The notes under the pieces: model-generated
Database searches by the model: none
Told to the model about the DNA's origin: nothing
Seen by the model: the letters and a program-made list of their open reading frames with translations, nothing else
Assembly (NCBI GenBank): GCA_028534125.1
Contig: CM052816.1
Coordinates: 34,598,001 to 34,662,000 of the forward strand
DNA from: Lama glama
Lineage: Eukaryota
Length of the DNA: 64,000 nucleotides
Direction of reading: 5' to 3'
Position numbers and translations under genes: made by a program
Shown here: positions 1 through 11,755 of the stretch, piece by piece
How the letters are laid out: each line of letters opens with the position of its first letter
Position numbering within the stretch: the stretch's first letter is position 1

Positions 1-1370
1 ACATCAAACTCCAGTGCTTCCCTTGGTCCCACAATTCCCTTCAAGGGTCCCATCTTCTTCATGGACCTACAGAGATCATCAACATTCTACACATCCCCCT
101 TCCTTACAAACTCCCATTTCCCCATCTGCCCATTTCAATCAGAATCTGCCTACCACTCCACCAAAACTGCTCCTGAAAAGCCCTGACCGGCTACCATGTC
201 ACCAAGCCTGATCAGCACACACTGTCCTCGCCTTCCTCATCATCTCTAGGAGCACTTGGAACGGTGGACTACTCCTTCTGCCTTGAAACATCTCCTTTAC
301 TCGCTTCCAACACAACATGCTCTTGGTTTTCCTTCTGCCGATTGTTTATCAGTCTCCTTCTCTGCCCAGTATTTAAATGATGGAGGCTCTCAAGGTTAGC
401 TCCTGAGACTCCCACCTTCTCTGTACTGTCTTAAATTACCTCCTCCACTCCTTGGTTTCACTTCCATTTTCTGGACTGATGTCTCCCATATTTACATCTC
501 CAACTGAAAACTCTCCTCTGAAAAACAGACTCATATATACAAATGATTACCTGACTTCTCAACTTGGATTCCAAACTTAAGTCCAAAAGATTATGTTCCC
601 TCAAAAGCCATCTTAAAGGCCTCGGGTCTTTAGTAAGTAGCTTTAATCTCCACCTGGTTGGCCACTTCCAAAATCTTGGTGGCATAACTGATTTCTCCTC
701 CTTCCTCACCCTGCTCACACATCCAACCTACCTACAACTCTTTCGTCCCTCCTCCAAAATACTTGTCAATCGGTCTCCCTCTCTCCTTCTCAAATGATAC
801 CGCTGTGGTCCAAGCCACCAACAATCTCTCCTAGTCTAGTACAGCAGCCTCTTAATTGATTTCCCACATCCTTCAACCATGCCCTACTCAGACGCAATAC
901 CTTTATTACAATCCAGAGCTAGTTTCTCATCATACATTAAAAAAAAAATTAGAACACCCTAACTGGACTCAGTAAGGACCTGCATATCTATCTCTCTACC
1001 CCCATCTTTCTCTCCTCCAACTGAGCTCCACCCTGATCTCATCTCAGTTCCAAACCAGCTCCTCCCACCTCATCTCAAGACCCTGGTGTATGTTCTCTAT
1101 TTATACAGTGCTTCCCCTCTCACCCCAAATGTCCCCTCTGCAGAGACTTCCCCAGCTAATCTATCTAAAATATGCCTCCTCGTGCTATACTCTTGTGTCA
1201 GCTTATTTTGTTTCTTCCACAGCATTTTCACCTGCTATATTCATGAATTATGTCCCCATCTTCATCACTAAATCTCTGTATTCAGAACAGGCACCACAGC
1301 TGTTTTACTCCCCACTGTACCCTGATGCCTAGCACGATGCCTGGCACACAACAGGACTGCAAATATTTAT
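1..1370 (+). mobile_element. Ancient LINE-2 (L2) 3' portion
   Basis: C/T-rich L2-type motifs (tcttggttttccttc; cagactcatatatacaaatgattacctgac) and L2 3' end cctagcacgatgcctggcacac...aatatttatt. Confidence 0.8.
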
Positions 1371-2199
1371 TTTAAAAAAAAAGGAAAGAAAACAAGATGC
1401 AACAATTTTTCTAAGACAAGGAGTATTAAATGTCATTTTTTGGCACATAAACTTACACCAAAAATAATACAATTAAAAATAAAATTAACAATTTTTAAAG
1501 AGAGAAAATAGAGAAAAAAACTTCACTATAACCAAAAAACTCGGTAATAAAAGAATGAGAAAATCCTAGATAATAAGATGAGCTTCATGGACTGTTTGGG
1601 AAATGATATCGAAACTGACTTATGTTTGGCCACAGGGTGATAATCATGACCTCATGAGTAAAAGATGTGGCTCCTTTCCTAGGACAAAGATTATGGATTC
1701 TGTACATTCCAATCAAATGTTTTCAGATTTCACTACCTTCAGCAACCATGGCTCAATGGGCTATGATTTTTCAACTGATGTTGGGGATAGAAGGAGTTTG
1801 GGGGAAAAAAAAAACAACCCTGAGACAATTCTAGAATCCTTCCTACCATGGTAGTGATATAAGATCTTCATTCAACTAAATCAAGTTTCTAATTAAGAGA
1901 ACTGCAGAGGAAATACTATAACATGTTTATAATATAACCCCCATTGACAGTGTTCAAAACAAACAAAACTTCTCCCCAACATGTGTGTGAGTATATCTGA
2001 AACTCCAGATGTGTACCATCTTTCATGTACGCTTTTTTTCCTCCTTTAAATCTAATTTTGTTAGACTCAACATATCACTCCATCACATCTGGATTTTTCT
2101 GGATATGGATTCTGCCACTGAAGAACCCTTCGTGTAGCGGGTGTGGCTGGGTGAACAGGCTCTGACAGTCACCACCAGACTCATTGGAAAGGCTCCTCC

Positions 2200-2310
2200 A
2201 AATAACCAATCCCTGGGATCTACCCTGAAATCTCAGGGAGGGCCCCAAAACTGTAATGTTAATGCTCCACAGGTGACTCTGGTGATCAGCCAGGTTTAGG
2301 ACCTATGGCT
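2200..2310. mobile_element. MER5-like hAT-Charlie fossil
   Basis: gctccacaggtgactctggtgatcagccaggtttaggacc resembles the MER5 end. Confidence 0.5.
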
Positions 2311-2539
2311 CTGACTTCATGCATTTCAGTGAAATATCTAAGAAGATGCAGCTGAGAATAAGCCATTTGGCAAGTCATCCGTCAACTCTCCCACAGGGTG
2401 ACATGCATTCACAAACCGGTACCCTCTTATAATCTGGTTAACAAGACATTAGCTCTCCTAATTACCTTTGGACCAGATTCCTCCACCTCATGCCTAAGGA
2501 TATTATACCATGCCATATTTTTTATTTTTAATAACAGCA

Positions 2540-3480
2540 AATAATGTTGGGTAATTTCTGCATCTCCATTTCTTTGGGAGTAGTTACTGGAGGTTTACTG
2601 TATTCCTTTGGTGGAACCACATTTCTCTGATTCTTTGTGATCCCTGTAGCCTTGTGTAGGTGCCTGTGCATTGAAGAAACAATCACCTCTTCCAAACTTT
2701 ACGGACTGATTTCAGTTAAGGAAGCCCTCACCTATGGGTTGGGGCATGCTGGAGCCAGGTCTAGTAAGGCAGGGCTTCAAGTGCAGGAGTATATGGCTGA
2801 GTCAGTTTTGAGGGGCTGTGTGATGTCTCTGGCTCAGGCCACTAGAGTCCACAGCATTGATGTGCGGTCCCTGGTGAGTTCGGCAGGGTGTCTGCAGTAG
2901 CTGCAAGGGCTGTTTGAGTCCTTAGTGGCACCTCTAGGTTCAATGGCTGGGTATGAGAGCAGACAGTAGTGGTGGCCAGAGCTGAAGGTGTTCACACACT
3001 TGGCAGTGGGGGCCTATGCAGTGGCAGGGTCAGGTGCAGACCCACACGTACTCATGGCATCACAAGGCAGGCAGCATGGCTAGAGCCAGCTGTGGGTACA
3101 CTGGGAGTGGCAGGGGCCCTGGTTGTGGATGTGTACAACTGTGACTGCTCAGTCTCACCATGGGCACGTGGCACTGGGGGCTGGTGACAGGGGCAGGCTG
3201 GGGGTGTGCAGGTGCACAGCTGGAGGATCTAGCTGCAGGTGGGTGCAATGGTGCCTGTCAGTGACAGAAAACAGGACCTCCTCCTGACCCACAAGCTGCT
3301 GCGAGGGCCCCTGGCTGTAGGCACACTCTCCCACGGCTACACAGCCTCTTCCTGGGCGTGCACAGGCAGGAGAGGCTGGTGATAGGCATCAGGTTAATGG
3401 CAGCGTGCAAGTGCACAGCTGGAGGGGCTCCCACAGCAGTGGGGTCTTGGCTGGAATCTTACACTTGAGCAGCCACAGAG
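2540..3480 (-). mobile_element. Old L1 (L1M-type) 5' UTR/ORF1-start fragment
   Basis: atctccatttctttgggagtagttactgga...gtgcattgaagaaacaatcacctcttcc typical of antisense L1M 5' ends, followed by a GC-rich, CpG-decayed (TG/CA-rich) tract. Confidence 0.65.
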
Positions 3481-3489
3481 GCCAAGCCA

Positions 3490-3665
3490 AATTTGAATTA
3501 TGGCTCCACTATCAATGACTGTATAATCTTGGGCAAGTGACATAATTTCTCTGTGCCTCAGTTTCCTCATCTGTAAAATGGAGATAACTAATAATACCTA
3601 ACCCACAGGATGGTTATGAGTGTTAAAATAGTCTGCATATACAAATCAGTTTAAACAGCATCTCA
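3490..3665 (+). mobile_element. MIR SINE (interrupted by MLT1; tail resumes ~4108-4135)
   Basis: Core cttgggcaagtgacataatttctctgtgcctcagtttcctcatctgtaaaatgg. Confidence 0.9.
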
Positions 3666-4107
3666 TGTGGCAGGCAGAATAATGGGCTCCCAATGATGGC
3701 CCCGTTCTAATTGCTGAAGCCTGTGAATCTGCTTCCTTACATGGCAAAAGGGTATTGCTGTGATTAACTTAAGGCTTCTGAGCTGGGAAGACTGTCCTAG
3801 AAGATTTGGGTAGTTTCAACATAATCACATGGGTCCTTATAATGGAAAAGAAGGAGATGAAAGATTCAAAGCCAGAGGAGAAATGAAGAGGAAGAGGTCA
3901 GAGTGGTGTCATCAGTGCTGGAAGGGGGCCTTTGAGCAATCAATGCAGGCAGCCTCTAGAAGCTGTAAAAGGTGATGAAATGGATTCTCCCTTCACTGTA
4001 GTCAAGTAAGACCCATTTCAAATTTCTTACCTACAGAACTGTAAGATAATATATTGTCCTAGTTTTAAGCCACTAAGTTCGTTGTGGTTTATTAGAAAAC
4101 AAACACA
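3666..4107 (+). mobile_element. MaLR solo LTR (MLT1D-like)
   Basis: Starts tgtggcaggcagaataatgg, has ccttacatggcaaaagg and ttttaagccactaag, ends ...aacaaacaca (TG...CA). Confidence 0.85.
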
Positions 4108-4641
4108 TCTGGCAGAGAGTTGACCTACATAAAGCTCAGGAAGTGCCCTTCATTTGCAGTCCCTGTTGTAAGAAGTCTGCCCAAATCCCCATTAGAAAAG
4201 TCGGAGAGCCCTGAGCCTCAGGAGCAGAGAGCCCATGCAATGGAGCAGTCGAAGGTGAGACCACGTGACTTTATAAGCTGTTATTCAGGGACACGTTTTG
4301 CTCTAACAAGGCTATATACCTATCTTTGAATAAAGGAGGCAGGAAAAGACTTTATGGCTAAAAATATTGTTCAGGGAAAGAAACATCCACATCTTCATCC
4401 TAGACAGTTTTAGGGTCAATGAACAAAAACTGTTTTAAAGCTATTCTGGAGCTATGGTGAGGCAAGTAGAATAAGATGTCACTGCAGTTTGCTGGCTAAA
4501 CACCATGGTAGCCAGGACCCAGGCAGCAGAGGTGGAGGAGTGTGAAAGGATCTGACAGGGCAGATGAACAGGAAGGGGGGTTGGAGGGACAGGAAAGCAG
4601 GAAAAACAGTTTTTTTTTGTTTTGCTGAGGCAACTGGGAGG

Positions 4642-4645
<4 letters not shown>

Positions 4646-4678
<33 letters not shown>
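4646..4678. repeat. Poly(T)33
   Basis: Direct reading. Confidence 0.95.
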
Positions 4679-4679
<1 letters not shown>

Positions 4680-7600
4680 GCTAGGGAACTGGGAGGATTA
4701 TGGGTAGTATTTTAGGAAAACAGGGAATGCTGGCCTAGAAGGAGGGGAGCGAGAGGCAAAGGTTCCATTCTGGAACTATTAGACAGCTCAACGGTGGTAT
4801 CACAGACATGCAAGTCTGAAAGTCAGGAGAAGACATAAACTTGAGTGGTCAGTATAAATATGAATTTAAATCAGTGAGAACGAATGGAATTACCTAGAGA
4901 GAGAGGGCACAGATCTGCCTTTTATCATTGTAAAAGGCTCACCAGGCGATCCTCACATATCCCCAGGTGAGAACCACTGCATTAAAGCTAAATATAGGAA
5001 CAGTGATTTGGTAAAAGAGAGTCTGTATTTCCAGCAGGGGTGTCACCATTACTGCAGTAGTTACAAGCCAGTCAGCTGCTCGTTCAACTACACAGAAAAA
5101 TCCAGCTATTTAGTAAGATCTCAGGCACTTAACAGGAAGGCATTTTGGTTGGACAAAATGGCAAGTTACCCAAGTGACTCCACTCCTTAAGATGTGCAGT
5201 GCTGAGTCCAGAAAGAGTGTGAACTGAGGCTGTGGCCACAGCTAAGTGTGTTAACTCTACTTCTCTATCAATAAGCCACAAACTGCAGTTACAAATGACC
5301 ATTCAATGGTATTGCCCAGGTGCAAGGATTACTGTGCCTGAATCTCTTCCAAGGTATTGTCTTTGTGTTCCCACTTGTCCATTCAAAGAAAAAACTGCCC
5401 TCACCATATAAGCAGAAAGAATATTTAATTACAGAATACCCTGCCAAAACACAAGAGCAATGCACTCTTTGCCCTGAAAATCATCATTCATAAAGCTTAA
5501 GTGTGACAGTAACAGAAGCTACTCAGAAGCAGGTATATGACAAGGGTGCCAAGTGACTGTGAAAGGGAAGAGCTGGGGCTCCAAGTTCACTGTCCCTTAC
5601 TCCAGGTAAGGGACCCAAAAGACTCGTGGCTACACGTGGGTAACCACTTGCAGCTGCTAGAATCACTGCAGAGTATCCCAGCCCTGACTTGGAATAACAA
5701 GAGGCCACACTGGTTTTCCCCATCTTTGTAATTGTCATCTTTTTACCACCTCCAAAAGTGTGGTCAGAGCTCCATTCACAGGCGCTTTCTCCACGGTGCA
5801 GGACACCACTCGACGTCCACCCTGATGGGTTTCCAGATATTCATTTAGATTGGAACCATATCGCCCTCACCCACACCAATCCAATATAGCTGCAGAGAAA
5901 CCACTTCCTGTTGAGGCAACATTTTAGGCACCCAGCCATTGTATACAGTGAAATTCTGCAAAATGGGTATCTTTTATAAAACGATTATTAGGACAAGGAC
6001 TTTTAGGTAGTGCAAAATGTTTATGAAATATTTTCATACAATGCAGTTTTAATACTTTCAAATACATTTAGGAAATGCAATTAAGCGGTACTAAGCAAAT
6101 TAGATGTTGACTAATAGAACTGTTTCTTTAATTCAGCACTTCACAAACTTCCATGGACATTACTTTTCTTTACATTTTTTGCAACTTTCTCTAAAACCAC
6201 ACTATTTTTTCTTCTAAAACATATTTCATATTTTTAATGTAATTTCTAGTTCTAATGCATAGCACTCTGAGGTAATATGTCAACAGTGTATCCCACCCAA
6301 GAACATGCATACAAGTTCATGGGATGCACTTTTAGACTGCAACAATTGCTGTCATGTATTCATCTGATCAAAGACTTCTGGTCAATATTGAAAATCTGTC
6401 TTGTATTTTTTGACACATGCCTGTCTTGGCACACTAGTGTTATTATGTACAATCCATTTACACTACCTAAAGTCATTCTCCATGAAGGAATGGTATATCT
6501 TATATTTTAGGATCTGCTGATAAAAGTTCCATTGACATATGTTTACACAGTGATTTGGGAAAATGCAATTTTAATTTAAGGAGAGAATAACTGTCGATAA
6601 TGGAAAAAGTAAATCAACCTAAACGGTGTTAGCTTATTAAAATAAATGCAATTGACATGTCTGAGATCGTTTTTCATAAGAAATGGTTCTAGGGAACCTC
6701 TGAAGGCAGGATTGTATTAAGTAGATAATCAGCCTACCTTCAATCTTGTTTATAGTAATCATTCCCTGAATAAGCCCCTCTATTCCTTACCAGACAGGTG
6801 TTTAGGCAAGCCCCACTTGAATCATTATAAATTCTGAATTTCCTTACTTTTCTTTACAAGCACCAAAGATTCTAAAGTTTTACAGATCCTTTCCTACTGA
6901 CTTTATAAAAATCTGTCTGAACCAATTGATTTACAAGGGCAAGCGGGGCACGGTAAACACTACAGAAGCAACACTAAGGCCCAATGTAACATGAAAGAAT
7001 ATACAACAGCAAACTGTTAAATATCATACTGTCAGCTATTAAAGATGAGTTAAAGATACAAATTTCTTGGGTTCATCAATTTTTTTTTTCTTTCAAACAA
7101 TTACTGCTTAGATTTCCCCTGAAAGTCACAAGAAATATCTTGCATCTTGAGTGTTGTCATTTGGCCCTACAAATTTTCAAGAGTTGGCCTGAGACAAAAA
7201 TGTTCCTTACTTCTTCAGTTTGGGGTGGGGGTGGGGAGTCAGCCACCAATCAAATGGGAGAGGCTCTTCTTTACTAAAAACTAAAAACAAGAGGCGGTTT
7301 GGGGACAGTCCCAGAAATTTGTCTGCTCTTCAGAACAACCTTGAGCTATGAGGCCCCTCCCTATTTAGAGTGCTGCCTTTTGGTCTTTAATAAATCTCTC
7401 TCTCTTCCTCCTTCTCCCCACCACCCCTCCACACACACACCACAGGCGTAAACACACAGAGTAATCTATCTTTTGTTCTTATAACCTAGAAAAAAATAAT
7501 TTAGTCCCATAATTTGGACCAAAGATGAGATGGGCCGTTTTTAGTTTCCTACTGAAAGGCTTCTTTGAAATCCTTCCATATGATAGCCTTATCTTCTTGG

Positions 7601-7879
7601 GTATGCTGATCAATGAGCTGGTTTCTGACCGCTTGAATACAAGCTGCTTCATTTTATTAACATCTGCTACCCAGTAATCTTAACCTATGAAGCGTAGCTT
7701 TTGGCTATAAGAAATGTTACTTGGCTCCCTGCTCTCTTCTCACAAAGCCAAGTCCCAAGTGAGCGCACTCAGTCTGGACTGCGCTGATGAGCACCAGGTC
7801 AGCACCTCCCTTCCCTGACCTCTCACTCTGGCACCCCAGCACACTTGGCTATTTCCACTCATATCCACCTCATCATAAA

Positions 7880-8760
7880 TGAAGCTGAACGTGGCTTTCC
7901 AAACCAGCTTATCCTTTAAACTATCCCCTTCTGCAAATAATACAAGCAGTCTCTAAATGCCTCAAAGGAAAAAGGAGGGAGAAGCTTTTTTCCTCAAACC
8001 ACCCATCATTACCCTTATCAAATCTGTTAGAAAGCTCGGATGCTTCTTTTTACAAAATGTCTCCGCGCTTTTCCTCTTCCTCCTGATTCTAGCCAGTTCA
8101 ATACTGGTATAGGGATTTACTGCCTTATGTCTGTATTACCTCAAACAGATTCTCAGCTGCCTTCCTGCTTCTGAGTCTTCCTACACACTGCTACCAGAAT
8201 AAGCTAGATTGAATATTCTCTTAGCTCCCTTCCAGGTCTAAAATTTTCTATGAAATTAATTCTTCAACAAGCTTTTCTCAAGCAGCTTCCTGATATACTC
8301 AATAACTCCAAGTGGTTCACTACCATCCAAGACAGAACTCCTTGCACCGGCTCTCAGGGCAATTCACAATCTGATCCCAAACTACCTGTGGTGTGTTCCC
8401 AACTACTCTTCACAAGCACTGAAGATCAGAAATCAAACCAATGTCCTCACCTCTCCTCATGGTGCCAGGCTCCTTCATGACTCCAAGCCTTCGGAAGCAC
8501 TGTACTTCACACTAAGAAGGTTCTTTGTCCTATCAAAGTTCTACCCAATCAGAAAAGCCTAGCTTCTGTCCCACATCCTTTGGTCAATCTGAGCTAGGCC
8601 ATTACACAAATTTAATTCTGAATTCTCTCTAAGACCTTTGCCCTTATATAAAGAATATTAATTAAGATCATGGACTCTTGTTTTATTCTTAGCTCTACTA
8701 TATCCCCAGAGCCTACACCAGGCACCTGGTACATAGTAGGTACACCATAAATCTCTGTTC
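7880..8760 (+). mobile_element. Highly decayed L2 fragments
   Basis: cacactgctaccaga, ctccaagtggttc...gaactccttgca, and 3' end ccccagagcct...cctggtacatagtagg. Confidence 0.55.
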
Positions 8761-10560
8761 TTTACTAATAATTAGCATTTTCTGAACATTTGCCATGTGT
8801 CAGGCACTGTTCTAACTTTAAACAATTAACTCTTTTAATGAGTAATTAAGTAACACTCAACTGTCTCTAATTGTTTCACAAACAGAAGTTGTGTCTCCTC
8901 AAATAACCAAGAAGCTCTTTTAAACAAAGTAACATATCTGGTATGTCTATCACAATTTGCATAGTACCTAGCACATAGTGAGTTCTCAAATACATGCTGG
9001 TACTACAGGAAAGCCACTGAATTACAGGCCAGCAAGCATATCCCAGATACACCATGACTAGTTATGAGGCCTGGGGCAAAAAAAAAAAAAAACCCAAAAC
9101 AAACAAAAACTCTGCTAAGGTCCAGTTTATGTGCTTCAGTGTCCTTATTTGAAAAATCAAAGACTAAATTACGTAACCTGGAAAGGCCCTCTAGACTCCA
9201 AAATTCTGTCTTATTTTTCACATTATGAGTTTTCTAGGGGTGCTGATGACTGTTAAGAGAATGACTACCTCACTGGATTCAAAAAATGCAAATTCAGGGC
9301 TTATTCAAGTAGAAAATAATTCTGAGAATGATTCATATTCTCGGGGTTCCATCCTCTTATGCTCCACAGGTAAAAACGTTACCACAAAGGCCAGGACCCA
9401 TGAAGTCTACATTCCTCCACACCTATGGTAAGGAAAAGAGAGTAAACGCCGCAAAGTACATCCTCAGCCCCAAAGTACAGCCTCATCCCGAAGAGGAAGA
9501 GCTTCCCATCAAAAAATGAAATGCCATGAGTCCTGGAAGAAACATGTATTTAAAATAAAAACTTCATCAGCAAATTCCCCAGCTCTCCAGACTCCTAACT
9601 TAGGACAATGAGGTTCCCTGGTGGGATTGGGGTCCATTTGGGACCTGCTCTGCCTTTGCAGAAGGCATTTAATTTCTCTGGACTTCCAAAGGCAACCACC
9701 TGCAAAGGAAGCCAGTGCAGAAATCTATTTACATATGAAAAATGCACAAATGCATATATTTTAAAATTGGGGGGAAAAAACACTTAAAAGTTGCACCACC
9801 AGTCAATGAGATGCATTACACCCATTTTGTCCTGGCTAAGTGTACTGCGCTTTAATGATAACAGTAAAATGTCTGAGGACACACAAGGGAGGGTGGCCTG
9901 TGCCACAAGGAATGATGAAAGCCACACATAATCTTTAAGAAGCATGAAGAAGGATCAGAATTAGCAGGAATTAATTACTCTTGGATAAGCAGAGTAGCAC
10001 GGCGCCCCTGCAGACATGCCAATAGTTAGTTCTTTGCCTCCAAGTTGAGCAGTCCTCAGGGTCCCAGAGAGGACTGCCAAGTTCCATCCTAGATCTACAG
10101 TTTATAAAGAAAATATCTGGACCTGGCCTCTCCTTCCACAGGACTAACCAATCCAAGCAGTCAGAGTAGGCTCAGAATTCAGCCCCTCTTGTGAATTACA
10201 GAAAATCCAAAATACAATGAAGTCACAGTTTGCAATCTTGAGACTGGATCAATTTTGCATAGTTCATGCCCTAGAACCCTCCATCCCAGAGCAGTCCCAC
10301 AGTGAGAAATCTTCAGGTGATAGAAGGGAAACAAATTAAACACATCAAGCACGTCCATGCTCTAGCACACATGCACCCCAGGGATGCTTGGAAATCTATG
10401 AAACACATAGATGACATGAGTTTTAAACCACACTCTCAAAGCATAAACTAAGTTTGAGTAATGCTTACCTCATAACCAGATTACAATAATTTTGTTTATT
10501 TTTAATTAACCTATTTCTGCTTCAACAGATCTAACTGCACTATTTACCTCCAATATTAAA

Positions 10561-10815
10561 AAGGGGATTGGCAAACTTTTTCTGCAAGGGCTTAGACAGC
10601 ACATATCTTAGTCGATGTGGGCCACACTGTTTCTGTCGCAACTATTCAACTCTGCCCTTGTAATACAAAAGCCTCCAGAGATGATTGGATTTGCAGAGGA
10701 AGGAGTGTGGCCACATCATGAAATCTTTAACCATTTAAAAATGTTAAGACTCATTCTTGGTTTGTGGTCTACAAAAACAGGTGGCAGTCTGGACTGGGCC
10801 CCCAGATACTGACTT
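10561..10815 (+). mobile_element. MER58-type hAT-Charlie fossil
   Basis: ggggattggcaaactttttctgcaaggg...ctgtcgcaactattcaactctgcc...acaaaaacaggtggc. Confidence 0.8.
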
Positions 10816-11569
10816 CGGCAGCGTTCAAGACCAAAGCCCGTGGGACAAAAACGAAGGAAGAAGGATATTTGCCCAGAACATCATTCTTCTCCTACCCCTG
10901 CCTCCACCCTCCTTTCTTAAAAAAAAAAAATGCTCCTTAGAACAAAATGAAGTGAACAAGAGGGAAGTCTCCATCCACTTTCTTTCCCTGCTTTTTCTAA
11001 TCGCAGTAAGGAATACAAAATGCAGTAACCAAAATCATCAGAATTCACAGAAATAAAACAAGCAGTATACTGAAGAAAGTAAACAGCTTGCCTGAGAAAT
11101 TTTCAGAGATCTCGAATTATTTTTCCATAGGCTTTCATACTACTTTACTACTAATCAATATATTTTATCTTCCTGTTCAAAAAGGCAAGGAAAATAAATG
11201 TGAACTACTACTAACCTCTAGCTCAGCTTGCAGAAAGTAAAAGATGATCTATTTACTATCACCAGACCATATACTTTTCTCAGAATAATAAGTACATCCA
11301 ATTTTTTAAAAAATTAAGTTTCATTATAATAATCTTCCATTTTTAACTTCCATATGAACATAATCCACCCTTGTATTTTCTGTAACATATTGCAATGTAG
11401 ATCCATAAAAATGTAAGTGAATTTTGGGCTTCCAGAGAAAGGATACATTTCAGTCATCAAAAAAATGCTGGTCATTCTTTTGAGTATTACAGTTAAGGCT
11501 TTTGATCACTCTTTCCTAAAATGCAAAGTGCTAACAAAGTGTAATGGGTGTGAAGAATGGGCCTTTGGC

Positions 11570-11755
11570 TAGACAGGGTCGATTTTTTTCGCCCAGAAAA
11601 CACTTGACAATGTCTGGAGACATTTTTGATTGCTGCAAGCTGGGGAAAGGTGTTTCTAGCTTGTACTGGGTAGAGACCAGGGATGATGCTAAACATTCTA
11701 CAGTGCATAGGACAGACCTCACACCAACGAATCCAGCTCCAAACTGCAGAGGCAA
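11570..11755 (+). mobile_element. MER20 hAT-Charlie fossil
   Basis: caatgtctggagacatttttgattg...tgggtagagaccagggatgatgctaaacattctacagtgcataggacag. Confidence 0.85.
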
